Shown here piece after piece: positions 38,801 through 46,361 of a stretch of 64,000 nt of DNA. The position numbers and the translations under genes were made by a program. The DNA comes from a virus (lineage: Duplodnaviria; Caudoviricetes). Under the pieces are notes generated by a model. The model searched no databases. It worked only from the letters and a program-made list of their open reading frames with translations, and had not been told where the DNA came from. Numbering within the stretch: the first letter of the stretch is position 1; every line of letters starts with the position of its first letter. The stretch covers positions 11,939 to 75,938 of IMG/VR virus record IMGVR_UViG_3300025715_000361. One strand, 5' to 3'.

Positions 38801-39446
38801 CCGGCTTAACCCGCTGTTTGGAAAACCGGGAGCGGAAATTGTTACCGGAAGAGATCGTCTGGGCCGGAAGATGGAGCCGGAGGAGATTGTGCAAAGTGCA
38901 TTCAAGGGCTGGATTCCAATTCCGTTGCAGGGTGCTGTTCGTGAGCCGGGAACGGAATTACTGGATTCTTTGCGGAACACGATGTTTCAAGCCGTAGGTC
39001 TTTCCAACTATCCGTACCGAAGCCAGTTTGACAGAGAGGTACAGGAAGCGTTCCAGAAGAGAATTGTTATCTCCGCACCACCGGAGGATCGCAAGCGGTT
39101 GGCCCTTGTTCGGAAATTTGGCAACGAGATGAAACGGCTGAGGGAAGAAAATAAGCCCATTACGGATGTTTACATGAAGATGCACAAAGCCGTACAGAAC
39201 AAGGAAATGTTCAAGGAAGATATCAAGCTTGCTTACCAGAGAGCAAAGCAGAACACGACCATGGTCGAGTTGAAATCCCTTCAGGCCGAGGATTTGGCAA
39301 AGTTGTGGGGCTATGCCACACCGGAAGAAAGGCAAATGTACAATAGGATTAAAAAGACAAAGTTTAAGAACCTTCGTGAAAACCATCCAGAAAGATATTC
39401 AAAATTGAGAGAGAAATATCCGGAGGTTTTTCAGACTTCTTTCTAA
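29817..39446 (+). CDS. Giant polyvalent ejection protein (3,209 aa) with GHKL ATPase and two HExxH motifs
   Basis: KEMLQNSFD, DDGMGMS, GGLGLAK (GHKL boxes, about 34150-34385); HEFAH 35847; HESIH 36510; hydrophobic Gly/Ala-rich N-terminal region. Confidence 0.8.
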   Translation: MDQNNLPMDDGSGVRGFWDRIEGKKSFGLFGKKEPENMPVPLSAEKVEPQPPSPVSQAELPMDDGAGVRNFWAQQEKPKSFGLGVTSKEMPSNIGRRVFADPLVGLTRGALVGIPEAATGLLDVATLGQVGFGKAYEKATTALGLGDFKSQNEYFNKLLSDETREAQRKVSEAKGFIDTTFTALTNPSAIVQTVAQSMPPMIAGARLGGAIAGLTKWAPELIGKAAETEALAAKTAGVKEGIRQALLGNPKEAAKFFEEGAKRAKDILSQGEKDILKRWATIGGIAEGAVTAGQNLSQVRGEAPEGEVTATQALTMGFSGALTGLIGVAGGRLAARMGITDFDTLAAAGRKGFVADKELGIFKRLIGGAIQEGIFEELPQSIQEQMAQNIAQGKPISEGALEAGAMGMLAGFAQSMGVNVAQKTWEKARAKSDPTTQKLDEDIKKLNLDFGGIMDVPEALETKDYKSTFGITPKGFTPTEIPPTTPPPSTPPPAGGGGGENLGGVGMAPTAPSGAPRTVDEVFKRLAEGREGVPPLLTERTGQLQQGEVEGKPQVKKAVPGEGLGVGRKNVTPEEYAGGLTPIEKKRFETRKEEAAKRLANPKRGTKEKAAKDVAESGYEYNPAVMVDGKIYTYGAKPTPAETKKGLHGPIMDNIPGVRGAKDVQTGYVDKNGNFLPRLPEKPVESPVKEAPAKAEAPVEPAKVENAVNLRDNDVIDSVVTVLKSKQFRFGAEEAKARVKTVIGQIGNDQVTMDTLLKSSIAGKYVKPTTKATIPPVTSPVVSAEEATKRRQEFEKSIEKPVSSEPKAIEAPVTPVTPVKPNLEAASKVLREQTQSKKDFNTKLESAAPGTTFTIAEGKHAGTWTKLKKVWKHEKGMTVSKDYGKLFGNRDEIEKTLTLPQAKAPTAGKMKGPQNLVSYIQSLGHLKATGDLASKMGSQRFVKGKGWVTTGKMTVKEQADLGKVVRIEGKLNLDEFVQDLHETFPNPKGGQWTADDLVEALISGQARNIKPAEIGYEDEAEKAETIWAEEQAAIEADKPPILKVALPKNESEFLRLVLAHELPGTKSEAGGKEYTHDGDYWNVNGKYISRNDLFDYLEKNNLLQEFLENFEVAELEVPVPYFESHYIDEDRHPPTDMDMQNALSALPDGSIVTVFRDPGITRIPITWWEYKKIDAMWHLNRIDGAEIDDKNEIAEKYNIEKIIKSEDLNAWAVEFGGYLSFDTKSKQTLLELAATNKDIMNLMRIPRKPDWQDEEAKSFKAVSFNPEEIEKQKEIASVVEEAVKDAPQAIVDIEKQGRDVLDKKAELEKEDKQIIENSKEEGLGGLEKSAKLFVQGDKVVVSGQRGTVVSVNGPLVRVHFSHMPAKGFTDCPASIVFHDDGAAEYFAAVEGELEKEKKRRGRKKKEEDITEDSSGYNMKLESDNTKLILILGRQQYGSSLGKVLLKEMLQNSFDTIKEAVYKGVYKAGNLTIRIDDMERTVEFIDDGMGMSAKTLREAFFTIGGSQKDVPPELASGGLGLAKMALFTSAEKIRVETTQAGETEKRVCEVTAIELIKSGDKDGKPFKVEKQTSEKSEHGTSVKLWIPESFMIDGKYVYISFPSYDSGVWNSSIMTRPLLGPINVNVEHYDVLAGKYEKIALDIGEKTDNTAFPPFRYKVNCPDWGWMDVYYGEERKSNPVHQVLSSGIYQFHHAFTDSNNNMIPYDITINVFSKVKTDHNYYPFNNTRESWRSSISADIEGLTAYLLRIARGNEAEELLENFKDVVSLPMFDWEALLTKTGDEFEKAMSEYREQTRKSLGLKQNEISEKDKTEAKKKIEQSNYKEIEITKNGVDAVESGTPPVPTSVAPPQPLPPVPPPPPKKKNIMTPQGVKDAIKNETHKAKNIDIEGEIKDPKQFLIDIGATTKAPIFHSNLNKDFTTIATKGNALDFFSKLGSIVVEMKRDLSNSNIAGFGKELEEEWYAGVSLDKEYGGLWLVVPYKVIYLNPLYTLGREPQTFSGLAEYLYKAAIHEFAHMTASGHGEWHNQVQMMLEIHMADSGLKDYYINAFRQVSAEYFELWRELSNEFDKSTTQNVGRGLKEHEGKRLARGSALSRTNNLASESSRALSERHSIEPPYPGDQRLREDRGISDTGRYAARGRKEAEGKVGLKEIQGIFGKNVEVLQHGNKFFLKTKSGHFLSVNNVSEIKPDEVLFEFTYGRKFDPEKEQIVGDYDNGTIRVVMGKSGKWTLAHESIHWMEDVGIISKQDVAILKAHIKKLVAEGKYKPESKKDIGGQEDRANFIADQLTAPTSKGFVGRVIDKIRSFIDGIRSFLGMKPTAGGIIRSIKSGKVYEGTETKPEVFSGAGYSARDTKTDVEEKGDVQETLPGLSYEENFQLTPEGEAYRGPVQPKKKEPEQGRLFAARKKPQNLKDRINLYNEKLQKDFKALNEIIKNPRPVGNSRAEIDRYLGEIQITEHSLTALAKEISKELPKERQHAISRWMRAGGDMSLLREWAKKYPGDKSYKDALTLTKNEKEWADFFVKQIENDANLALRSGLSRSFAINYMKDAIFSDVAKQKIYATVESPLMQTDPEKAMKYILKELGKAPKSIGASFIASRRALHDSMSLKAMLTRLSKTKEEDGRYTLIIGGAGKPLKKEDQERLKKVDEKFLAKENIREMNRSTRDYRMFEHPSMFGHIYYDLDENEKQTFYAGDFRVHPAAYSKINALLGKSLIRSWKIPKWIPFIGGMKPGKMALKAGAWIKGTMLGMSPFHLTHTGSHAIFHDVNPFNLKEIDFEKRPLLREGVNHGLLLIDRHAMDVFREGLAAGGLWNSLPTKAGRWVGETHEQFTKFTFENMIPRMKADVFEKTVAHMEKKFAKELASGQMTRDQMLYIAAATSNNAFGGQNYRSMGRNPTLVDAMRLILLAPDFLESRLKFFGQALTRYGTESRTALIKSAIYMSVLAQIANVLIGDDKRMHWEKPFTVIAGGREWTPRSVAGDMIHLVTDWRNFAYNRLNPLFGKPGAEIVTGRDRLGRKMEPEEIVQSAFKGWIPIPLQGAVREPGTELLDSLRNTMFQAVGLSNYPYRSQFDREVQEAFQKRIVISAPPEDRKRLALVRKFGNEMKRLREENKPITDVYMKMHKAVQNKEMFKEDIKLAYQRAKQNTTMVELKSLQAEDLAKLWGYATPEERQMYNRIKKTKFKNLRENHPERYSKLREKYPEVFQTSF

Positions 39447-40702
39447 AAGATACTTGGGTATAAGAGTTTATCGCCTTTTGATCTCATGATTGTGTGCGTG
39501 AGGTTTGGGAAATTTTCCAGAGTGAGTTGTTCTGGCTTTGGAAGGTACCCGACATCCACGCATAGGGCGAAGATTTTCTGGAGGCAATAAAGCTGTTCCT
39601 TGTGTTCATCGTCGAATTCAAGGACGGAATTCTCAAAGAAGGAGTCGCTTATTTCAGAGTAATCACCTTTGTACCATCCTTCTTTGATGCAAAGATCGCC
39701 AAGCTCCGTGCCGGGATATGGTTGGAAGATCGAACACCAAGCATATTCCGGCCTTGCTTTTATGTTCACTTCCAGAGTGTTCAAATCCTCTTCGATTGTG
39801 GATGTGGGTAGGCCGAGTATGTTTTGAATCATAAGCTTAATTCCCCATTTGCGTAACATCTTTGCGGCATCTATGGCTTCCTGATTTGAAGTTTTTCCCC
39901 TCTTTATAAGCTTCCGCAAGCGTTCACTGCCAGTTTCGAGTGCGATTCTTATGCTTCTGCAATTGGCATCGACAAGCAAGACTACTCTTTCCTCTGTGAC
40001 TTGTGCCGGCCGCATATGGCAATGGAACGGTATGTTCACGGAAGCTTGATACATTCTCGAAAACTTCCTTAACCACGGCAAATCAGTACCGAAACAGGAA
40101 TCCTGAAAATACGCCCATTCAGGTTGAACATACGCAACTTCCCTCACGACATCTTCTGGTTCACGAAGCCGGATACGTGGATGGTCTGGAAACATCTTTG
40201 CCCAACGATCATTGTAGCAGTATGCACAGTTGTAATTACATCCTCTTGAAGCAATGAAGTCCCTCATGTACGGAAGCAGAAAATTTTTGGGATGGAAATC
40301 TGTCCTGTCGGGCCATGGGTATGAGTTGATATCCGTTGTGAAATCGTTGCCAGTATACCTTGCCATGAACGATTCTCCATCTCCACGGTGCAGGATGTTT
40401 GCCCAGACGACATCTTCTGGGAAGAAAGTCGGGTGCGGCCCTCCGGCAATTGTTTCAGGCCGAACACTGCCATCAATGTCATAGATTCTCATTAATTTTT
40501 CATTTAGTGATTTGAATAATGCCTGATCTCCGGTCATGATGGAATATCCTATTGTATCCGGTTTCCACATTTTAGTCATTTTAAAAGCTTCATCAACGGA
40601 TACAATCTTGCAAAGATGCTTGTTCTTTTTTATAATGGAGGAAAGGTACATGACACCAAGGTTTTCCATTTTTTTCGACTTTATTACGAGAAGGATTTTC
40701 AT
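39443..40702 (-). CDS. Cobalamin-binding radical SAM protein (class B methylase-like)
   Basis: PDTIGYS, IAGGPHPTF, GDGE B12-domain motifs; SRGCNYNCAYC. Confidence 0.88.
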   Translation of the reverse strand: MKILLVIKSKKMENLGVMYLSSIIKKNKHLCKIVSVDEAFKMTKMWKPDTIGYSIMTGDQALFKSLNEKLMRIYDIDGSVRPETIAGGPHPTFFPEDVVWANILHRGDGESFMARYTGNDFTTDINSYPWPDRTDFHPKNFLLPYMRDFIASRGCNYNCAYCYNDRWAKMFPDHPRIRLREPEDVVREVAYVQPEWAYFQDSCFGTDLPWLRKFSRMYQASVNIPFHCHMRPAQVTEERVVLLVDANCRSIRIALETGSERLRKLIKRGKTSNQEAIDAAKMLRKWGIKLMIQNILGLPTSTIEEDLNTLEVNIKARPEYAWCSIFQPYPGTELGDLCIKEGWYKGDYSEISDSFFENSVLEFDDEHKEQLYCLQKIFALCVDVGYLPKPEQLTLENFPNLTHTIMRSKGDKLLYPSIF

Positions 40703-41019
40703 TGGATTCCTTTCATACGGGTGTAGGGTTTAGGGAGATAAAGACGGATTTTGGGGCATCCAGACATGAGGTACTTAAAATCATCATGGATGTTGCGAAA
40801 GAAGGGATAGAAAATAGTGGTGTATCTTGCAGGGAGCTTGCCAAGGTAATTGGCGTACATGAAATAAGGATATCCGAAGTCCGTCACGGTCGCAATATCA
40901 GCAAAAAATTGATTCGGTTGTTAATTGGATATGGGTATCTGGATGTGAATGAGATTCTCAGAAGGACGAAGCCATCTCACATCAGAATCTTGAAGAACCT
41001 TTTACCATCATGGGCGTGA
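40702..41019 (+). CDS. XRE-family HTH protein (true start probably 40786)
   Basis: SGVSCRELAKVIGVHEIRISEVRHGR. Confidence 0.55.
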   Translation: MDSFHTGVGFREIKTDFGASRHEVLKIIMDVAKEGIENSGVSCRELAKVIGVHEIRISEVRHGRNISKKLIRLLIGYGYLDVNEILRRTKPSHIRILKNLLPSWA

Positions 41020-41033
41020 TGTGTCAATCCAAT

Positions 41034-41222
41034 TCACAGAACATCAAATCGTTTCTTCCATGCGATACCACGTCCTTTTCTCCATTTGGATGCTTGTCGG
41101 GCAAGGGAGCTATGCGTACCGGATGGCTTGCCTTTGTGAGAAGGTTTCGCAAACGGAAGTCCTACCTTTGAGCAGATCATTTTAAACATTTCATCTTTTT
41201 CTGAAAATTCTTTATTTGTCAT
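41034..41222 (-). CDS. Small basic phage protein
   Basis: MTNKEF start with ATGA overlap; RQASKWRKGRG. Confidence 0.6.
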   Translation of the reverse strand: MTNKEFSEKDEMFKMICSKVGLPFAKPSHKGKPSGTHSSLARQASKWRKGRGIAWKKRFDVL

Positions 41223-41599
41223 GTTACCTCCGGTAGTTTCCCGATTTTTAAACCCCACATTGTATCCAACTCAAACATATGTGCTTCACAGTAAATCTCT
41301 CCCAGATGGTTTATTCTTGCATCAGAAACCCATGCAAACGGCACCATGTCTTTGATTACAAAGATGCCGGGGTAGAATTCTAATGTTGTGATATGCACCC
41401 CGAGAATTTCTTTCTGGGTTGTCAAATCGTCTGTGTTTACATTCATGCCAAGGTATTTCAAAATGTTGTCGAGCATTGCAAAAACCATTTCATTGGCCCT
41501 TGTGCATACTTCATCTTTCAGCATGGCCTTTTTGTTCATGCGGTGCTGGAGTTCATCTTCAGATATTTCGAACCATTTAGTTACCTTTTTATTCTTCAC
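41219..41599 (-). CDS. Hypothetical protein
   Basis: 126 aa in tightly packed operon. Confidence 0.65.
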   Translation of the reverse strand: MKNKKVTKWFEISEDELQHRMNKKAMLKDEVCTRANEMVFAMLDNILKYLGMNVNTDDLTTQKEILGVHITTLEFYPGIFVIKDMVPFAWVSDARINHLGEIYCEAHMFELDTMWGLKIGKLPEVT

Positions 41600-41810
41600 C
41601 GGCGTTCTCCTTGTATCTAATTGCTATTGCAATAGAATTTAATGCTTCTGCTATTCTTTCTGAACCGTTTTTTATTTCTAAAGACAGTACCTCCAATGCT
41701 CCCATTCGGGTAGATGCGTTACTCAATCCCAAGTGCTGTGCTCCAGAAAAAATTGCATCAGAAAGGCCGTTCACCGCATCAATAATTCTTTTAACTTTGT
41801 GTTCTTCCAT
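41589..41810 (-). CDS. Hypothetical protein
   Basis: 73 aa, GGAGG RBS. Confidence 0.65.
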   Translation of the reverse strand: MEEHKVKRIIDAVNGLSDAIFSGAQHLGLSNASTRMGALEVLSLEIKNGSERIAEALNSIAIAIRYKENAGEE

Positions 41811-42625
41811 TATTGAAATACCTCCGTTGCGTATATTTCTTGTTTCCAGAATTCAATCGTATCTTTTATGCCGGAATGAATATCGTATTTCGGTGTGTAT
41901 CCCAAAGAACGCAATGGGCGTATGTCCGCAGTAATGTATTCTGGAAACGGATGCGTACCGTATTCCAGTAAATCAGACCTTCCCAAATCTTTGCCAATGA
42001 TCTCTGTTACTCTCCTCAAAGACCTGATTTCTCCCTGCCCGACATCATACACCCCGCTTTGATCGGACTCCATGATTGCCACCATTGCCCTTGCAATATC
42101 TTCCACATGGATGAAATCGATCATCTGTTCTGGATGGTTAATGGTTATTTTGCGATCCATCAGGAGATGGATAATCGTTGACGAGATTATTTTTTCCGGA
42201 CGTTCATATGGCCCATATGGGTAAAATATCGTTGCCCACCCGATACCGATTCCCATGATATTGCAGTATTCCCACATGACTTCTCGAAGTGACTTTTTGC
42301 ACCGTCCATACAGGGTATTTGTCCCTTCAGCACACGTACCGGCTACCACTATCTTTTCACCGCCGTATTTATAGAATTCCCGCATCAAGTGAATGGATCG
42401 GTCAAACCATTCCGTATTGTTAGGATTCTCCCAGTAAGTGGGCGGTTTCACATCCCATGCCGCATGGACAAGGTATTTAGGTTCATATTGCGAGAAGATT
42501 TCGGATGCAAGGTGGTGCGAGTAGTACCATTTTTTCCACTTGAACACCTTGTATCCTTTTTCTTCTAGAATCTTTACGCAGAACCTTCCGATCCATCCGT
42601 CTCCCCCAGTGATAATTACATTCAT
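41810..42625 (-). CDS. NAD-dependent epimerase/dehydratase (extended SDR)
   Basis: ITGGDGWIG, LVHAAW, YGRCK (YxxxK), YGPYE, DFIHVEDIARA. Confidence 0.88.
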   Translation of the reverse strand: MNVIITGGDGWIGRFCVKILEEKGYKVFKWKKWYYSHHLASEIFSQYEPKYLVHAAWDVKPPTYWENPNNTEWFDRSIHLMREFYKYGGEKIVVAGTCAEGTNTLYGRCKKSLREVMWEYCNIMGIGIGWATIFYPYGPYERPEKIISSTIIHLLMDRKITINHPEQMIDFIHVEDIARAMVAIMESDQSGVYDVGQGEIRSLRRVTEIIGKDLGRSDLLEYGTHPFPEYITADIRPLRSLGYTPKYDIHSGIKDTIEFWKQEIYATEVFQ

Positions 42626-42816
42626 GACTTTTCCCTTTCCAGTTTGACTCTTTTCTGTATAAGCCACATTGCAAGGTAGTTTATGGCATCAAGAATTTCT
42701 TCATCTACTTCTGCGAGTAATTTTCTTTTTTCACTTAATGGATCAAATTCTCCATGTTCCTCTACGCCCTTTTGGAATTTAATCAGTGCTTCTTTGAATA
42801 TATCTTCAAGTTTCAT
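42622..42816 (-). CDS. Small hypothetical protein
   Basis: ATGA overlaps at both ends; DEEILDAINYLA. Confidence 0.6.
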   Translation of the reverse strand: MKLEDIFKEALIKFQKGVEEHGEFDPLSEKRKLLAEVDEEILDAINYLAMWLIQKRVKLEREKS

Positions 42817-43565
42817 ATGATTCTCCTTAACCATCCATCCGGTGCGGCTGTGATTAAAGCTCTTGTTTCCACAGATTTATCCGGTTTGAAGTTCTTATTC
42901 TGTTTTAGAAATGCTTGTACGGCTGTCCATGGATTGTTCCCCGGTCCCCACGGACGATCGGAAGGCTTCTCCTTCATGAATAGCTCTATGGCAGTATCAA
43001 ATACAACAATGTAACTTCCAATTGAAACAAGCGGAGCATACAAATTCAGTTCTTTAAGAACGTGGTCGTATGTATGATTTGAATCAAGGGCTACCATGAC
43101 AGTTGGGTTGTTGACATGCTTTTGCCTTTTGAAGTTATTGATACTTTCTGCTACTTCAGATGCAACTGTTGCGGATGCACTGTCTCCTTGCACTAAAACA
43201 AGGTTTTCGCTTGCGGAATGTGACCTCATCCGTTCCCAGTTTTTCACCTTCATTTCGATGTCTATCGAGATGACCTTCCATGGGTGTCGCAAATGTTGCA
43301 TTACGGATGAATAGAATATTGCTGTACCACCGAATGCCATTCCTGTTTCAATTAGTATATGCGGTTTAACATCGAAGATAACTTCTTGCATTACCATCAT
43401 GTCGGTAGGGTACTGTATGATTGGGATTCCCATCCATGTGAAGTTTTTCACATAGTTTATATTGATCAACTCTTTTGTGAAAATATTTGTAGCAGACGCT
43501 AAATATTTACTATTGATGTTTTTTAATACCTGATTGTCCCTGTCCTTTTTGTATTTTGAAATCAT
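42813..43565 (-). CDS. CmcI-family (rhamnosyl O-methyltransferase-like) methyltransferase
   Basis: TWMGIPIIQYPTDM, IETGMAFGGT, LDSNHTYDHVLKEL, GSYIVVFDT, PWGPGNNP. Confidence 0.88.
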   Translation of the reverse strand: MISKYKKDRDNQVLKNINSKYLASATNIFTKELININYVKNFTWMGIPIIQYPTDMMVMQEVIFDVKPHILIETGMAFGGTAIFYSSVMQHLRHPWKVISIDIEMKVKNWERMRSHSASENLVLVQGDSASATVASEVAESINNFKRQKHVNNPTVMVALDSNHTYDHVLKELNLYAPLVSIGSYIVVFDTAIELFMKEKPSDRPWGPGNNPWTAVQAFLKQNKNFKPDKSVETRALITAAPDGWLRRII

Positions 43566-43678
43566 TTATCCCTCCGAATATGGTGAATACAATGGCGAAC
43601 ACAACATAAAAAATAATTATTCCGATAAATGCCAGTAAGTAAACTGGTATAAAAAGTATCTGCAACAACACAGATGGG

Positions 43679-45106
43679 TTAAGGATTAGAGAGTCGTTTC
43701 TTACATTCCTGAATGTAGTGTTTTGCCCATACATGGCCATGATATCTCCTTAATACTTCCTCAAAACATTTTTGAGCCACTTTGTAATCTCCTATACGCA
43801 TTCTCCTGTTATGATGGAAATTGATTTCAATGTTTTCCAGATACACCTCCTCTTCTATTTTTTTAGGATCGCCATTTGCGGTGATGATATACGCCTTGTC
43901 AACGATGTCAGATATTTCCTGTTTCTTTATCCAACCGTTATAAAGGCAATCATCATACAGCTTGCTTCCACGTACCGGAGTTGCCATGTTCAATCCGGCC
44001 CAATCCAGATCGATATCCTTGATGAATTTGTACGTTTCCTGACGGTGTTCAGAAGTTTCCCCCGGCATCCCCATGACAAAAAACCCATGAATGAAAAAGT
44101 CATAGTTCCGCAAGATTTCAATTGCCGGTTTTACCATTTCAAGCTTGAGTGGCTTTTGGATAAGCTTGTTAAGTACGTATTCGCTTCCGCTTTCGATTGC
44201 AAGATAGGTGGTGTCAAGCCCTGCCCTTTTCATAAGACAAGCCAGTTCATCATCGATAAAAGCAACGGAAAGACCGTTTGGACATTCAATCCGCAAGTTA
44301 AACTGTGCAAGTTCCTTGAATAAGGATTTTGCTCTTCCCCTGTTAATCAAAAGCTGATCGTCATAGATGGTAAGGACATCCATCCCGTATTTTTCAACAA
44401 GATGTCCGATGTGATTGATAATAGAATTTACAGATGCAAACCGCATTTTCTGCCCATGAATTTTGGAGTTACTGCAAAACGTGCATTTGAATGGGCATCC
44501 TCTTCCGGTTGAAACAAAAAACTGTTTGTGTTTTGTCGGCGTTCCAAACGGAGAAAATGCTTCCTTCATGTCATAAGCATTCACGTTTACAAAATTGTAA
44601 TCGATATTGATTACATCATCAAGGTTTTGAACAAATGAAGATACAGGAATTCCGCTTTTGTTTCTGGTAATCCATGAAGGGTCTGTTATAAAGGTTGTTT
44701 CTTGTGTGAGGATTCTTCTTAACGGAATTTCCCCTTCAGCAAAGCAGATGGCATCAAGATAAGGTTGTTCCATAAGAATTTCCGAATATGAATAACAGGC
44801 GGCGGCACCACCAAGAATCGTGGTTGCTCCGTGGCAGTGGGATACGTAGAGCAAGTCCTTAAGGTATTTGTAGGAATTATCGAACATCATGCTGAATCCG
44901 ACAATATCCGGCCTGAATTCTCGCAGGGTATGTAGAAAGTCATGTTCGGATTGCCTGTTCATATCGAATATTCGAATATCAGCACAATCTTTGTTGTAGG
45001 TTGCAATGCTTAACAGCCCGTAAGGGAACGCATGGAAAGAACGTATTTTAGGGCCGTCCGCAGTTGGCTTAACAACATATGGAAGATCGACAAGCAGAAC
45101 CTTCAT
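43679..45106 (-). CDS. Cobalamin-binding radical SAM protein 2
   Basis: PYGLLSIA, RPDIVGFS, ILGG, AEGE; TGRGCPFKCTFC. Confidence 0.88.
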   Translation of the reverse strand: MKVLLVDLPYVVKPTADGPKIRSFHAFPYGLLSIATYNKDCADIRIFDMNRQSEHDFLHTLREFRPDIVGFSMMFDNSYKYLKDLLYVSHCHGATTILGGAAACYSYSEILMEQPYLDAICFAEGEIPLRRILTQETTFITDPSWITRNKSGIPVSSFVQNLDDVINIDYNFVNVNAYDMKEAFSPFGTPTKHKQFFVSTGRGCPFKCTFCSNSKIHGQKMRFASVNSIINHIGHLVEKYGMDVLTIYDDQLLINRGRAKSLFKELAQFNLRIECPNGLSVAFIDDELACLMKRAGLDTTYLAIESGSEYVLNKLIQKPLKLEMVKPAIEILRNYDFFIHGFFVMGMPGETSEHRQETYKFIKDIDLDWAGLNMATPVRGSKLYDDCLYNGWIKKQEISDIVDKAYIITANGDPKKIEEEVYLENIEINFHHNRRMRIGDYKVAQKCFEEVLRRYHGHVWAKHYIQECKKRLSNP

Positions 45107-46104
45107 TTATGTGCCCTCTTCTTTTGTTTCATTAATTTGGAAAAAACATCTTCCCATTGATTAATCATATTAAGATGATCGTATCTTATAAACGATTCTA
45201 CTCTGGCTTTATAACCCATATTTCTTCGGATATCTGGATAGTCACGCAAGATTTTTATGAATCGAACATAATCCTCAATCGTATTTGCGACAAATCCATT
45301 TACACCGTTTCTGACAATATATGATTCGCATTCGTTATTCATGACAACGGGAACGCAATGAGAACGCATTGCTTCCCCAAGGACTTGCTCACAAGTTCCG
45401 TAATGATCTTTCGAAAGTGGATACCCGAATACCGAGAAACTTTTATAGTGCTTTGCAAGCTCGTTATCGTCTGTTATATTTTCTATAAGTCGAACATTCA
45501 TAAAGCTATTCATTATTCGTGTTTCTTCAATACCGATGAAAACGAATTCTACGTCTGGAAGCATGGCAACTGATGCAAGATAATTTTGGCTGATCTTTTT
45601 TTGTGATCCGACATACCCAACACGGAAGATATTATCTGATGACCCATACCAGTATGCCGAATCAAATAATTCCATGTTCCGCACACTCCAAATATAGTCT
45701 TTTAGATGTTGGCATGGAGCCGTACCGATGAATAAATCAGGATAATTCAAAGCCCAATTCGGGATTTCATAATTTTTATGACACCAAAAGATTAGTCTGC
45801 ATGGAGGCGTATCTACAAGCTTCAAGAGATTATTAACCAATTGGTTATCCCACCAATGAATTAGAACAATGTCGTAATCATCCCAATCATAAACAATCGG
45901 ATCAGTATATGGAATTTGTTTTATAGAAAGTGAATTCAACGATATTTCTTCCTTGACACGATTATTTAAGTAATCAAGGCAAAAAACCGTGTGATTGTTA
46001 AACGTGTCTGCTTTTATCCAATCAATGATAACATTCCCAACGCCGCCTCCAAAATGTGGCGTTATATGAAGTATTTTTTTCTTTTGAGCAGAAGTTGCCC
46101 TCAT
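45103..46104 (-). CDS. Glycosyltransferase, GT4/GT-B-like
   Basis: ILHITPHFGGGV; YGTCEQVLGEAMRSHCVPVV. Confidence 0.75.
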   Translation of the reverse strand: MRATSAQKKKILHITPHFGGGVGNVIIDWIKADTFNNHTVFCLDYLNNRVKEEISLNSLSIKQIPYTDPIVYDWDDYDIVLIHWWDNQLVNNLLKLVDTPPCRLIFWCHKNYEIPNWALNYPDLFIGTAPCQHLKDYIWSVRNMELFDSAYWYGSSDNIFRVGYVGSQKKISQNYLASVAMLPDVEFVFIGIEETRIMNSFMNVRLIENITDDNELAKHYKSFSVFGYPLSKDHYGTCEQVLGEAMRSHCVPVVMNNECESYIVRNGVNGFVANTIEDYVRFIKILRDYPDIRRNMGYKARVESFIRYDHLNMINQWEDVFSKLMKQKKRAHK

Positions 46105-46358
46105 TTGTTCTCCCCCTTTTTCTTCTCAAGAGTGCTTATCTGTTGTGTCACATATTCCATGATTACATGCCCAGATATTCCATCCCAGTTGCTTCTTTTC
46201 GTCATTGTCTCTTTATATTTTTTTAGCAGTTCAAGCCTTGTGTGGGTGGAGTGGTGTTTCATGTTCAGGCCCATCGTTTTTAGATAGTTTATTTCATCCT
46301 TGGTTGACCATAAGTAATGATTGTGAGATTTTTTTGTCATCACTTGTCTCCTGTGCAT
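46101..46358 (-). CDS. Hypothetical protein
   Basis: Short ORF overlapping next gene by ATGA. Confidence 0.55.
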   Translation of the reverse strand: MHRRQVMTKKSHNHYLWSTKDEINYLKTMGLNMKHHSTHTRLELLKKYKETMTKRSNWDGISGHVIMEYVTQQISTLEKKKGENK

Positions 46359-46361
46359 TGT

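Noticed and set aside
29817-39446. Tape measure protein or virion RNA polymerase
   Set aside because: No tail tube gene in phage A and no polymerase catalytic motif recognised; enzymatic motifs fit a polyvalent protein
39443-39446. Terminator between the converging arms
   Set aside because: The two stops overlap (CTAA) and no hairpin is evident
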